52,129 bases of DNA, taken from the NCBI GenBank assembly GCA_003427395.1, contig BFEA01000036.1:1156299-1208427 (forward strand), given 5' to 3'. The position numbers and the translations under genes are program-made. The notes beneath the pieces are model-generated. The model did not search any database. It worked only from the letters and a program-made list of their open reading frames with translations, and was not told the origin of the DNA. Numbering within the stretch: position 1 is the stretch's first letter; each line of letters opens with the position of its first letter. Shown one piece after another: positions 1 to 13,328 of the stretch. The stretch comes from Chara braunii. Taxonomy: Eukaryota > Plantae > Charophyceae.

Positions 1-91
<91 letters not shown>

Positions 92-128
92 CCGCCGTAG
101 CGGACGGCGGCCAGAGCCGGCAAGGTCG

Positions 129-185
<57 letters not shown>
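1..185. repeat. (AG)n microsatellites (1-88 and ~131-185)
   Basis: Dinucleotide runs visible directly. Confidence 0.98.
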
Positions 186-187
<2 letters not shown>

Positions 188-2067
188 GTAAGGGCGATGG
201 CGGTGGCGCTCACCGTCGTCGCAGTGGCCGGAAGTTTGCTTCAGGCCGCACGTCGGATTTGCACGGGTACCGGTCGCCCGTCCGCGCGGTCGCTGCCTCC
301 GAAAACCAGCCACGGACGACTGTTGGTCCGACGGTGGCCCGCCACACTGCTGCCGGTACCGTTTCCACTTCCGGCCTGCCTACGTTGGACTGGAAATGGA
401 CCGAGACCCGCCTTTTCCCGTTTTTTTTTGTTTTTTTTTGGGAAAATTTTTGCATTTGCCGAACCTACCTGACGTCCGAAGTCTGCGGGGAAAATGGAAA
501 AACTGCCAGTTTCCTTAATCTCCCAACAGTGACACAGGTACTAGTGGTTTAAAGGTTGTCTTTTTAACAATGTCGGGAAATGGGCCCGACGTCCCTTACG
601 AAATAGTAACAGCCACAAGCTAGCTCCCTGCTACTCCGGCCGGGTGCAAGGCTGGGCTGCAGACACCAAACAAAACTCAACCAGAAATGAGTATCGCTAA
701 AGCTACTGCCTATTCCTTATATTCAACAATCAAAACAGTTAACAGTATTCCTTGGTCCAGAAGCAAAACAGCAATCAGACTAGTCAAAAACCGAGAGGGA
801 TTCAAAAAACAAAAAAAATCAGCATTCCCTAACCCTGTCAAGTGCAGGGACGGGGCAGTATGCAAAGAGTCAGCATAACTGTATCTCATGACACCTCTAC
901 AAGAAGATCCGAAAGCGTTGGAAAAGCTTATGAAAAGCTTCTGTCTCTTAGGAAGTTTTTCATGCATGAAAAAAAAAAAAGAGAAAAACAGGCCTCCAAC
1001 GAGGAAACATGAGGGAGCCGCATCCGTAAGCAGGTGTGATATCTGCTACACGTTGCAAAAGCTTTCGCGCAAAGCTAGTGAATGTACAAATGTAGGAAAA
1101 AAAGAAAGATAGACAACAATAATTCTGTGGGTGTTGGCAGGGCATGTGTTGTGTGTTGCAAGTTGAGCTCTGTGTGGAAAGTTGAGTTGTTAGTGGAAAT
1201 ACATTATTTGGAATGGTGAAAAAGAAAAAATGGGTTATTTGTGGAGATTGGCCTGGGTGGTTGGGCGGGTAGAAAAAAAAATAAAAAAATAAAATGGAAC
1301 AAGCAATGATTTCTGGGGATTGATCTTTGTTTGCAGATTTTGAAACTGTGTGTGGCAAAGATGCTCGAATTGTCTAACTGTTGGATCTTCAATGGTGTCA
1401 ATATTTATCGAACCAAGATTACCATGGATACAGTAACGTTCTCACGACTAGTGGATGTTCTCCTATTGTCACCGTAGTGTCGCTGGTCGCAATTGTTATA
1501 TAGGCTCTCAGGAGGAGCACAGTTTTTTTTTTTTTTTTTTTTTTTTTACAGAGAATATTATTTTAAACCCGGAAAACAGGTCTGCTGATCTTCACATGAA
1601 TTTTGTGGTCACCCAGGGCTGAGAAAGGCATCCTTGGCCAGTGCCATCCCCAACCAACGCTATCTACCTTTTGAGATCCGGGCATCAGTGACATCATAGG
1701 CTCTATATTACGTACTGCAACAAAGACCTAAAGACCAAAAGAAGGCCAAAAGGAAAAGCAAGACAACAAAGTCATCTGTTTCCTAGGCATTACCTCAGTG
1801 TTAGCGCAGGTGATTACTATTTCAAACAAACCTATTCTCTCTAACTATTTCAACAGTAATGTGATCCCTTCATTATTTATTCCATTATACAATGTAGGAA
1901 TACAGTTTATCATATCGTACATTGTACAGTCGTTATTCCATTATTTCTACAGTGTATCTTACGTCCTATCTTATTTATCTTATTCATGTATCAGTATACA
2001 TTTATGTCGGTATAAAGTTCTCATATGTTTCCAGTCGAATCTTTGAAGTCAAACACTATGTCTTGAA

Positions 2068-2754
2068 CTAATAGCAAAGAAAAAAATCTGAAAAATTTAA
2101 TGTGGGGAGAGTTCCCATTGTTGAAGTAATGATATAGAACCTCTGGAAAGATCCCCATCTCGCCATAAACCATTTGAGCGCTTTGTTTGTGCCTTGCTCC
2201 AAATAGTAATCATTGGGCTTGTACACTTGTCCTGGTTGCATCTCATCGAAAAAGAAAGATATCGTTTGATGTCGATTGTTTTCGTGTAATGCAAGTTTGG
2301 TTCGTCTTCCATTGCGATGTGGATGTAGTCGTTGATTCAATTTGTTGTTGAAAACTTTATTGATCTGCCTTGAAATAGGAGAGAAGGACAAACGAGGCAC
2401 GTATTGTTTTTGTTAGTTAAGGATATATGTTAAAGCAAATAATGCATTGAAAGCGATAATAGTTGTGGAAAGGTATCTATGATGAGTGATATTAGTTAGT
2501 AGAATTCTTGTTCTAGGATGAGGTGCATCCAAAAGACAAATCATGTCGTTGATGATGGCAATACGTATATTTTGAGAATTTGTTGGTGACGGTGTGATAT
2601 CTGCTAGGAAAATATATAATGATAAAGAAGTTGTAAAGTAATATGCGAAGTAAGAGATAATAATTTCTTCCTCGTCGATTTGGAATTCGTGTTATTGGTT
2701 GTGTTGTTGTAAATATGTGTGAAGATCGTTAAAAGAACAATGAAGAGTTGACAT
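2068..2754 (-). pseudogene. Helitron accessory gene D, unknown function (stops and frameshift)
   Basis: ATG at 2754 (MSTLHCSFNDLH...) downstream of an acceptor-like TTTTTTTCAG; ORF fragment 2068..2400. No recognisable domain. Confidence 0.4.
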
Positions 2755-3318
2755 TGTATATGAAGATCGTATATGGATGATACCTGAAAAAAATAAAACG
2801 ACAGATATAAGAAAAATAGTCATTCGTATGTAGCAATCAAAAAATGATTTGAGATAATGCAAATAAAGAGGTTGATTGGGTTGATTGTTATATGTAGATT
2901 TTTTTTTTTAATTATTAATAAAATTATATGAAAGAAGAAGTAAATGTAATTAATAGGAGTGGCAAAGAAGATGGGTATTTGAGATAAATTATGTTGATTT
3001 GGAGAATATATTTATAATTGTTAGAGTTATTATAAATTGAAAGAAGGAAAAAATAGGAAGGAAGTAATTTTCAGTTGCTTGTTATTTATTATATTTTTTG
3101 GTTTTTTGTGTAAATGAAAACAAAATGAATTTTGTTGTTATTTATGAAATGAAATTTATATTTTTTTGTATATTCGTAGTATTTATTATAATATGAAGGA
3201 AGAAATGAAAAGAAAGGGGGAAAAGTATTGTTGTTTGTCATATATTATGTTTTTGGGTTTTGGTATAAATGATAGAAGATTTTTACCTTGTCATTTATGT
3301 GGCTGGATCTGCACCTTC

Positions 3319-3960
3319 TCAAGCGTCTGTAGTACTTGTAATTGAATTATGTGCAGAAGACAAATGCCCATTCGATGTCGAATGTATATGTTGCTGTGTA
3401 ATTCTGTCTGATGGAACAGGTTCCACCGATCTTCTGTTTGCATTAAAACAGGGATATTCGTTGTCGTTCCATATGTTGATTCGATGTCCCGTTGTTCGAT
3501 TGAATGTCGTCAGTGTTCCGATCGTCGGCAGTGTAAGCTCTTCGGCATAATTGTAGACCGTCCCTTTGCGTAGAAGCGATAATAGGTCGTTTTGTGTGTT
3601 GCCGTAAACGTTTGTTAATGTCCAATGCATGTCATCGACTTCGTTTTCTTGATTTATGTCAGTCAGTATCATGTCTATGACACGTGTATCTCTTGCCCAG
3701 CGTCATTTGAATTATACAAGATATCCAGTTTCTGTCACTTGCACCGATCCCGCAGGTTTTGGTCCCGTAATTTTTAGCTCCTCGATGAAATCTCGTAGCT
3801 CATACGTTGACCTATGAATGATGTGTGTCTTTGCACGTTTCTTTTCTCGTAAGCTCCTTGTTGCCTTGAGTATGTCTTCCATGCTGACCTTTTGGGGCTC
3901 GGGATTTGAAGCGTTCGAGTCGACAACTTTTGTTGGGGCGTATAACGTTCTAGATGCCAT
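3319..3960 (-). pseudogene. Helitron accessory gene C, unknown function (~213 codons, two in-frame stops)
   Basis: ORFs 3712..4056 and 3319..3672 share a frame and are separated by YLV*FK*RWARDTRVID. ATG 3960 (MASRTLYAP...) follows a polypyrimidine-CAG acceptor. Confidence 0.55.
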
Positions 3961-4170
3961 AATCTGGATACAGAAGAAAAAGTATGAGTTATTATTTGTA
4001 TAGAAGAAGAAAATAAAATATATAAATGGCATAGGAATAAAGAAGGAGGGATGCAAGATAGAGGGAAAAATGGAAGCAAAGGGGAAGTAAAGAAAAGGTT
4101 GTATATTAAATGTGTGGGTATTTATATATATGATTTAATGTTTTGTATTATATTTTTAGGAATAACGCTA

Positions 4171-5173
4171 TTATTCAATTTCATAGGATTGGAAAGCAAG
4201 TAGTGCTAAATCGTTGCCATTATGATGGACTCGAAAGGCTCGTCGAAATTCGGTAAAAGGTGTGAAGTGTCGAATGGAATGAGAAGGGAAATATGAATAT
4301 GAGACAGGACGTCGGACAACGTGATTAAATATATAATAAAACCATGGACCAGGGCCCCAAAGAAACCATTGTGCTAGGAAAGCAGGATTGTTAGGCATGT
4401 TTGACGCAAAGCGAATAGTATGTGGTTAAAAGGCTGACAAGTTGTGTTAATATATGTGAATCATAAGAATGATTGACGAGATATAATCGAAGTGAAGTTG
4501 CTCTATAACGAGCTAATTGTCTCGATACGGGAGTGAAAAAAGTGCAAATTGAAAGTGTGAAAGCATAGAATGCGATTCACAAATTTGTTCGATTAACTCT
4601 GATTTAGTTTAATAAAAATTCGTCAAAATCTTGTGTTGCAGCAAAAAATAGAGAATGTAATGGGATGTGATTCAATGTGATTAGTGAAAGAAAAGTAAAT
4701 GAAAAAAATGAATGCGACACTATTCTTATTGCTATAGCGTGATCAATGATGAAAAATGTTATGTGTTCAGAACGAAATGTCATTAATGCAATGTGACGTA
4801 AAAAATGAAAAAATTGTCTTGCATTTGGTGGCGATTGGTATGAAGAATGATATGTGTGTTGTGCTCTGGTGACTTCAGCAGGGTTATAGTGATGAACTAA
4901 AAGGGGGAAAGGAGTTAAATTTGCATGAAAAAGATCTATAATAAAGAAATCATCGAGTGCTGGTGCAATTATCGGGTTTTGAATGTTAGAGTATCTTTCA
5001 CGTGTATATGCGATTTTGAATCCTTCGAATATATGTTCAAAGGGAATGAATGTATTGGGTTGATGAGTAGCAAAGGGTGGATAATAATCTTGAAGAACAT
5101 GTTCAAAAGAATGTGCATCTCTTGATCGCAAATAATGTATAAACATATGTCCAGTGCTTGATGATGCATCCAT
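4171..5173 (-). pseudogene. Helitron accessory gene B, unknown function, paralogue of gene A
   Basis: MDASSST...NPIIAPALDDFFIIDLF...HYNPAEVTR...RVNRTN...NNPAFLAQWFLWGPGPWFYY aligns collinearly with 13329-14316. Confidence 0.75.
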
Positions 5174-5415
5174 TTCAGCAATAACGATTTGCAAGATGAT
5201 TTGTTTTTGTTTGTTTGAAAATGTACACAAAACAAACATGTAGATGAAATGGTTAGAAGCATGATCAAAATTTTGATTGCAACGATAATATTTTTAAAAG
5301 ACGAATATATATATTTGCATGTGGATTGTATTATAGAATATGAATCATTCAATATATATTTTTTTTGAAGATTTTTTTTTTTTTTTAAGTTATATTATAA
5401 ATTCAGGTGAAGAAG

Positions 5416-6060
5416 TTATGAACAGTTATATAAAGGTGGTATTGGGAATGAAAGATGTGGATATGGAATTATAGTTTTTAGAGTTTTTGTGATAAGTTCA
5501 TCGTGTATTAAAGATATGTAGAATGGTATATCTGATTGACTGAAACGTGCAACGTGTGGAAGAGGTGGTCTTAAGAGTAGATGGCGTGTCATGAGGAGTA
5601 TGAAAACTCCACAATCATAGAAGTTAGTTTGTTTTGGTTCACAAAGATTGCAGGGTATATTTGTTATCGTTGAAAGAAAATTTGTTCGATGTTGAAACCA
5701 AAAAATCATATTTTGAAAAAAACGATTGTCAGAAGAACTAGAACTATCATAGAAGAAAAATAAGCAATTTTTTAAGTCAATATAACCAAGTGCCCAATGA
5801 TTACCATGCAAATGAAGAGGCATGAGAAAATGATCATACGTTTCTAGTGGACTCGATCGGTGGCGTGCATCGAGATGATGATCTGTAAAGGTATAATTGC
5901 GATGTGCAATACCAGCAGAATATGAAAAACTATTTGTTGTGAATACAGAAGGGAAAGTCTCAATTAATAAATCCATATAATCGTCAATGGGTACATCTGA
6001 TAGTCATGTTGTGTAGTGAATAATGTGATATTTGCATTGTGAAGATAGTTGTGCAGTGTT
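5416..6060 (-). CDS. Ulp1/SENP-like cysteine protease (peptidase C48) domain, C-terminal part of the RepHel ORF
   Basis: LSDVPIDDYMDLL, PLHLHGNHWAL (His), FYDSS (Asp), KQTNFYDCGVFIL (Gln and Cys): the full C48 catalytic set. Confidence 0.88.
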
Positions 6061-6300
6061 TGAAGGTGGATCCTATGAGAGAATTGGAAGAGGAGAATCT
6101 ATTGATGGAAGTTCATTGTTATTTGAGTTAGAAGGTGGTTGTACAAATATCGATGAGACGATAGGTAGATGAGAAAAAACATTATTTGATAATGTATGAT
6201 TTTTATTTGATTTATTAGATGTATGAGATAGGACATTAAAAGGGGTGTTTTGAAAAGAGGTTGATGGAAAGTTTTCTATATAAAGATTATGAGAAAGAAA

Positions 6301-6410
6301 TTCATTTGCTGAAGTTTCAAGACGTATGTGTTCTTTAAGAATAACATCAGGAGGTTCATTTGCTGAAGTTTCAAGACGTATGTGTTTTTTAAGAATAACA
6401 TCAGGAGGTT
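6301..6410. repeat. In-frame tandem duplication (PPDVILK[K/E]HIRLETSANE x2) at the helicase-protease junction
   Basis: Seen in both DNA and the ORF 6073..6474 translation. Confidence 0.9.
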
Positions 6411-9400
6411 TGAAGTATGAACAAATTTCATTGGTTAGTGGTTTGAGACAAAATAAAGCAAACCTATTTATCACACGATAAACAATGATATAACCTTCTT
6501 GTGGAACATTATGTTTAGTTTTTTTTTTCTCAGAAGATGCTATCCATTCGGCGACTATTTGGCAAGATGATGTTTCTTCCTAGATTTTGTAAATAATAAA
6601 TGAGATTGCAAAAATGAAAGGAAATTGTAAAGGACGAAGAGTACAAGTTCTTTGAGGCATACCTCGCGTAGTAGGGAGTGCAATTGTGATGGATTTATGA
6701 CTTTGTTGTCGAAAAACAGGACAAATATCTTTTGGTAAATTTTTGGTGATTGAGGATGGGAGTTATTCAAATGACGATCGATTTGGGACATGAACACAAA
6801 CAAGGTCAGGTGCACAACTTGGAAGCAATACGTGTATATTTATATTTTTGTCATTGAAAATGAAAAATGTAGTATCAATTGGAAATTGTAGTGAATGCAA
6901 ATTTCTAAATGTTCCATTAGCAATTCCTCGAGATGGATCGACATTTTGTGGAAAAGTGATTGACATACCTGGTAGAAGATCAAGAAAATGTCCAAATCTA
7001 TCTAATTTGTTATCTGGCAACGACATGATATATTCAATGTCATGAACATCTTTGTTTTTTAATGCATTTTTAAAGTCAACAATTATACGAACAGGATAAT
7101 GATCATTTTGTAATTGTTTGCATAAGGTATGCATGTATGTATGTATGACGTTAACACGATTATCGTTATCGGGTGCAACGAATACAGGATGACAATTTGG
7201 TTTAAGATTGATTAATTGTGTTATAGAACTGTTTTGGAATTTGGTAATCAATCTATTATTGATAATGTTAAGAAATTCGTTAGTTCATATTCTGAATCTA
7301 GCATTTTTGCAATGTGTACCCCATTCAGTATCTTTTTTAAATTGTTCTGAATCGGTTAATATTATGACAGTTGAAAATAATCTTCATAGTTTGAATGTTT
7401 CATGATCGGAAGATGTGTGTGCAAGTTTTAGAGACGGTTCATGGAAAACCGGTATGCCTTTGACTGGTGGCATTTGGAAGATATCACCGGATGCAAGTAT
7501 ATGAATGCCTCCGAATAGAATATCTAGTTTTTGTGCATCACGTAGTGCAATATCTACACGTACAAAATCGGATTTGTTCATCATACTGAATTCGTCAATG
7601 ATTAAATAGATAATTCAGCTGTAAAACCAAGTATGCCTTTTAATTGTGTTTTTCGACGATCAAAATAACAATTTTGTTTAAGGTAATGCATTCCAATCCA
7701 GATGTGAAATGTAATTCCAGAAATTCTTACTGCTGCTTTTGCTGTCATTGCAGTTTTTGCAATGTTTTTTTAATGTAACTATTTTTCGGCAAACATTTGA
7801 ATAGCAGAAATGATATGCGATTTACCAGTACCACCTTCACCTATAAGGAACATTAGAAGTTGTTGTTTTTGTATAGATTCTGATATATTTTGTAATGAGA
7901 TTGGTTTTTATGTGGTTTTATCAAAAGTTTATGTTAGCCAAGTATTTAATCATGCATTTGCAAGTAAAACGAAAGCAAGATGTTGTTTTTTCTTTGACGA
8001 ATAATGTTGATAAATTTTAGATATTGTGGGGAAAAGAGGTATAGGAGAAAAAAATGGTTCAAAAGTTTGTGTTTTAATGGATTTATGTGGTTGAAGTGCT
8101 TCTGTAATGAGTTCAATACGAGTTGGTGAAGGTATATCGTTCCAGCTTTGAGTTGAATTTGGTATTTTATATGATATAAACGGTTTTGTTTTTGTGCATG
8201 ATAAAGCTGTATCAATATTGGATATTTTTTGTTGTGTGTAAATGGATGTTGGAGATGAAGTAGAATTATATAATTCTTATATAATTGTAGTGTTTAAAAT
8301 ATAGATGGTGTCTTAGTTTTGTAATATGATGTAAATCGTTATGTTCTTGTATTAATGTAGAATTGATCATTGGAATGTATTGTTCTTCATTTTGATTTTG
8401 TTCATTTAATGTATCATATAGAGTATCATCATCGGATGGAGAATAAAATGTAGAATCCTCGTCGCTTAATTGATTTCATGAGCAATTTGATTTTTTCATC
8501 GTGTTCATTTTGTTCTGTAGGTTGAATAGGTCGGTTTTTTGTATTTCATTTGCACGTTCACGAGCGACATGGTAATCTTGCATTTGTAAATATATATTTT
8601 GAACAAATAGAAGAATTATTTAATAAAAAGAAACAAAGGCGTCATGCTTATTTTCGTTGTCAGATATTAAATCAGATAGTTGACGAAATGATTTGAATAA
8701 TAATAGAGATAGTTGAGCATGTTTTGTCTTACTATTTTCATCTGTGCAGGTTTGAAAATAAGGTATGCACATAGAATAAGGAATTACAGGTATACATGGA
8801 TATTTATATTGGCTCAAACATTTGTTTTGATATAATAGGCGACTCTCTAGAAAACAATATATGTTATCTGATGTGAAGATTTTTTTCGAACAGTAATATT
8901 GCATTCAAATTCATAAAGAGATATGTCTGTAAGTATTTCTGCTCGATAAATATAACCATCGAGTGGATGAGAAATAATATATGTGTTATTTGTTTTTTGT
9001 AGAGTGCAAATGGTATCGTTGTCGTTTAGAATTTGTGTTAACATATGATATAAAGGAATTTATATGGATTGCTTTGATAAGCACAAGATTGTCTTAATAA
9101 GTATAACGCACAGAGTGGACCGACAGTTTCTTGTTTGTTAGTTATGCTAAATAGTTGGGATGATAATCGCCGACGAGTTTTTGTTTCAGATGAGAGTGGA
9201 GAAAGTTTTTCAATGAGTTGTTCTCGATGTTGTCGTGCATCAAAAACAGTCAAGCGAAGAACAATTTTGCAATCAATTTTATGTTGATCTTTAGTTGCAT
9301 ATTTGCAACAGTAAAATATACGTTCTGCTGCTTCAACACCGCAAAAAAAATGTTGGATATCACGATTGCATTTAAAAGCACATAAAAGTATATCATTGTA

Positions 9401-12400
9401 TGCTTTGATATATTCATTTCCATATATACGTGCTAATTCGATTCCCGCATTGTTTAGCGTTGTTTCGTTACAATATTCTTGAGGGAAAAGATATCGACAA
9501 ACATCGTCGTTTTTGTTCATGCGTGTCTGTTTGAAACACGATTTTGTATGTGTTAAGTGATGGATTTGTACTAAGTAAAGAAGTGCAGACAATGATGCAG
9601 AAAAAATAACATAGTGTGGAGGCATCGCTAGAAATATTGGACTTGTTGAACGAATATAGAATACATCGTCGGTCATACGAATATGTGTTGCTCTTGGTGC
9701 ATTATGATCGTATAAATCATCATATCCAAGCAATAGTTTAGATTCTAAAATTTGTTGACGATGTATGTGTTGTGAACTAAAAAGTGTATTACAATGTGTA
9801 CATTTTAAGCTTGTGGGTTCGTGTAATATTTTACTAGGTTTTTTTTAGAATGGTGAATAATGTTCTGATAGCGATATTGGATGTTGTATATAGGATGGTG
9901 GTAGTGCATGACATTCTGTACAAGATAGTGATGAAATATTTTCATTGTCACATGTTTTTATAATACTGTCAATGTATTTTGTTACTAATTTGCTAAATTG
10001 AAGATCAAAAGTTTCTAATTTATCAAAATCTAAAGTTGTTAGTGGTGTATTTTCAAGCTTAACAAGTGTATGTAAATGTAGTATTCCTCGTCCTTGTGTT
10101 TCTACCATTCCAAAGTATGCTTTGATATTTCCGAATAAACCTCCTGTAGATTTGCTTTTATGTGTAGTTGGGTCGAAGCCTAAAATATCATATTAAAAAT
10201 TTCAGATCAATCGATCAAACAAACGTGCTGATACAATGTTATCTGTCATTGATAATTCTTGTAATTGTTCAGTATTTATATCAGGATTAGTTATAAAGAT
10301 ATCACAAAATTCATCGACATCAAGAAGGTCGACATATAATGCAAGAATATATATTGTATCTGTATTTGGTGTTAGTGTAATAAAAAAACTTGGTTGGCTT
10401 AAACGATTGCAAGTTGCAAATGTTTCTTGACGTCGTGTGCGTCGTTCTCCATCGCTTCCCCACACATGTGCTGATGCGCATCCAACATGTCGAAGTAGAT
10501 AATTTACAGCTGGATCGTTTTGATGTGTAGTATGACCACATCGACGACATCGAGCATTTTCTAGACCAACTTTTAACATGTCAGTTGTGATTTCAGCAAT
10601 TGAGAGATGCAGTTGTGGTCGGTTTTTACAAGTTTTATTTGAAAATTTATATCCACGATCAAGAGAAAAACGGTCGAAATTTACCATTGTGTAGTGTGGA
10701 TCTTGTGCAAAGTGTGGAATGCTTAATAAACAATAATGCTTTACGTAAATATTGTGAAACCGGTATTCGTCCTTTTGTTTCTCCCGAGTGTCCTCGACCG
10801 TATGAAAATAAATGTGGGAATAATTTAGCTTCGAGATTTGGATCAAACATGTTTGCAAATTTTGATGATGTATGGAGTGCAAATATAGGTTATTTATTTT
10901 TAATAATCGTTCGAGAATACATTTTTCGAGAGCGTTATCTATTGGCGCATTTTCATGTAAAAAAATAACGGTTTTTTCAATGTTTGTATTTTCATTGCAA
11001 GTTTCCTTAGGTGCATTTAAACCATCTTGTTCACCATCCAGTTCTTTAGCGCACATAATATCAGATGATAGATCTTTGATTATATTATTTGGAATATACA
11101 TGGGATCATCAATGGGAATAATATCAAGTTCGATTTTATCTAATTTTATGTGCGAATAAAAATCGTTGTTTGTAATGTAAAATGTAAGTAATTCTTTGAC
11201 TATTAAATGTCTTACACGATGTAATTTTTTTATTCGTATAAGTTGTGTATCAGTGAAAGAGCCCGCCAAAATAATTCGATAGAATGTATCTTTTCTTATC
11301 GATTTAGGTAATAAAGTAGCAGTTGGACCTGAAATTGCTTCAAAAACGAGTAAGTGGGAACGTATTGAGCGATGTAGTCCTCCGCGCATGATGCTTGTTT
11401 GTCCAAGTATGTTTGTTAAACTTGTCATAAATAGCGCGGGCCAAGTGGCTTCTTGTAATGATGGCAGTAATCTACCAATTAAAAAATTATTTGCAATTGC
11501 AAATTTAGGTAAATGTGTTTGTCGTCTTGAGTCAAATAGTGCATTATTGCATCCGTTACATATATTGATTGTGATATCATTGTTTTAATCAATATTTATA
11601 CCGTTTCTACATAACATAATGTTTTGTAATAGTGGACATAGATCACTACAGCCGTAATATTTAATGCGATCTAAATGCAATAAAGGTTCAGGATTTTGTA
11701 AATAGTTTTTCATGCAATTTATAATTTTTGGTTCGTATGGTGAGCATTTGTGAATATGTATTTATAATGCTAATTCGTCACAAACACAACATATTTTTTC
11801 TACCAATTGTATAAAATTTAATTTTTGTATTATATTTTTTGTGAGTTCATTATTTTTCGATTGTGAGATCCGAGCTATGAAAGATGAAGATGCACTATTG
11901 TTAGTTTGCTGATTGCATGTATGTGCAAGAGTTTTTAGACGAATATATTTTATTGGTTTATTAAAATTTATAGTCGTTTGTGAATTTAAAGATATTTATA
12001 ATGAAGAAGGAATGTTATTTGTTTGGTGATGACGCATACGTGCAAGAGTTTTTAGTCGTATGTGTTTTATTGGTTTATTAGTAATTGAAGATATTCGAAA
12101 GATATTTAAACTATCATTTGTTGATGTTATAATGGTCGAATTTGAATTTGATAATATATTTGTTTTTGTGTTTTTTATGCAAGGAAGTGTTTTTTTACGA
12201 GCTAATTGTTTCATTCGCAAACGAGTTTTTGTTGCGTTATATGATATTTCATTTTCAATTTTTGTTGTTGTTTTTTTACTATTATGATGATGATCTTGTG
12301 TCGGAGATATGTTGAATGAACTAGTATTTGATAGTGTAGAATTCATATTTTTCGTTTTTTTTAATATTATTTATCGATGCCATGCAGAGTCAGATGCTAA

Positions 12401-13328
12401 GCGTTTTTTCCGAGTTTCTTTATCCCCATTAAATTTACGTAAACGAGCTGCTGCATGTCGTTTTGCTAATCGTATTTCTCGTTGTTCTGGTGTTTTTTGT
12501 TTTTTATTTGTCTTTTTCATTATTAATGTAGTATGTGTCAATATAATAAAGTTATATAAAAGACAATTTATATATATGTTTTATATAATATATAAAAAAA
12601 TATAGTTAATATAAAATATGAAAAAGATTAGAAGAGAGCAAACAAAATCGAAACGAGTAATGTGAAGTTAAGAAAAGAAATGTCAAGTTATTAATAGGTT
12701 TGCTTTGAACAATCAGAAAATATGAAAAATATGTATTGACGTTTTTTTAAATTTATATATATATTTTATTTTATGAATTTTTTTTATTAATTCTCTGCAA
12801 AAACAATGCACAAAAAACAAATAAAACAATAAAAATGATTAATATATATATACATATTTTTAATTTATTATTAATTTATTTATATATATATATATATAGT
12901 AATATATTTCATATATCAAATTGTTGTGGAAAAAAAAAAGATTAAAATCTTTGAAAAAAAAAAAAAAAAAAAAAATCAACATCACAAATTCAAATTGTAT
13001 AGAAATTGGAAATTATTATCACAAAACGAAGATTGTTTATGAAATATACAAATGTATTTTAAAATGTATAAAAAAAAAAAAAAATGTGATCAGTTTCGAA
13101 ATGAGATCACAAGATTTAATCCCTAATGTATTAAAAAAAAAAAATACAAAGACAACTGTGATTAATATATGTTTTTATTATCTATAACTATTGACGTATT
13201 ATCTATAGTTGAGTGAACCATGTCGGATTTATGACTATATATATTCATAGTATTTATAAATGCATATTGAAATTGTCAAATTGATGATAATTAATGGACG
13301 AATTAAAAAAATGTCCAAGAACATTGAG

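Larger units (their letters stand above)
5416..12520 (-). pseudogene. Helitron RepHel (HUH endonuclease + PIF1/SF1B helicase) fused to a C-terminal Ulp1/C48 protease; many stops and frameshifts
   Basis: N-terminal KTPEQREIRLAK; Cys motifs (CCVCDEL, CNGC..LPKFAIANN); LEAKLFPHLFSYGRG; Rep motif 1 PSFFITLTPN, motif 2 VETQGRGILHLHTLV, motif 3 YCCKYATK; Walker A GEGGTGKS (~7820-7843); IDEFSM; FGGIHILASGDIFQMPPV; NVDPSRGIANGT; LQFPF...YIIVYRV. Confidence 0.92.

Noticed and set aside
690-1520. Possible minus-strand exons or TE remnant
   Set aside because: No recognisable motif or convincing splice pair.
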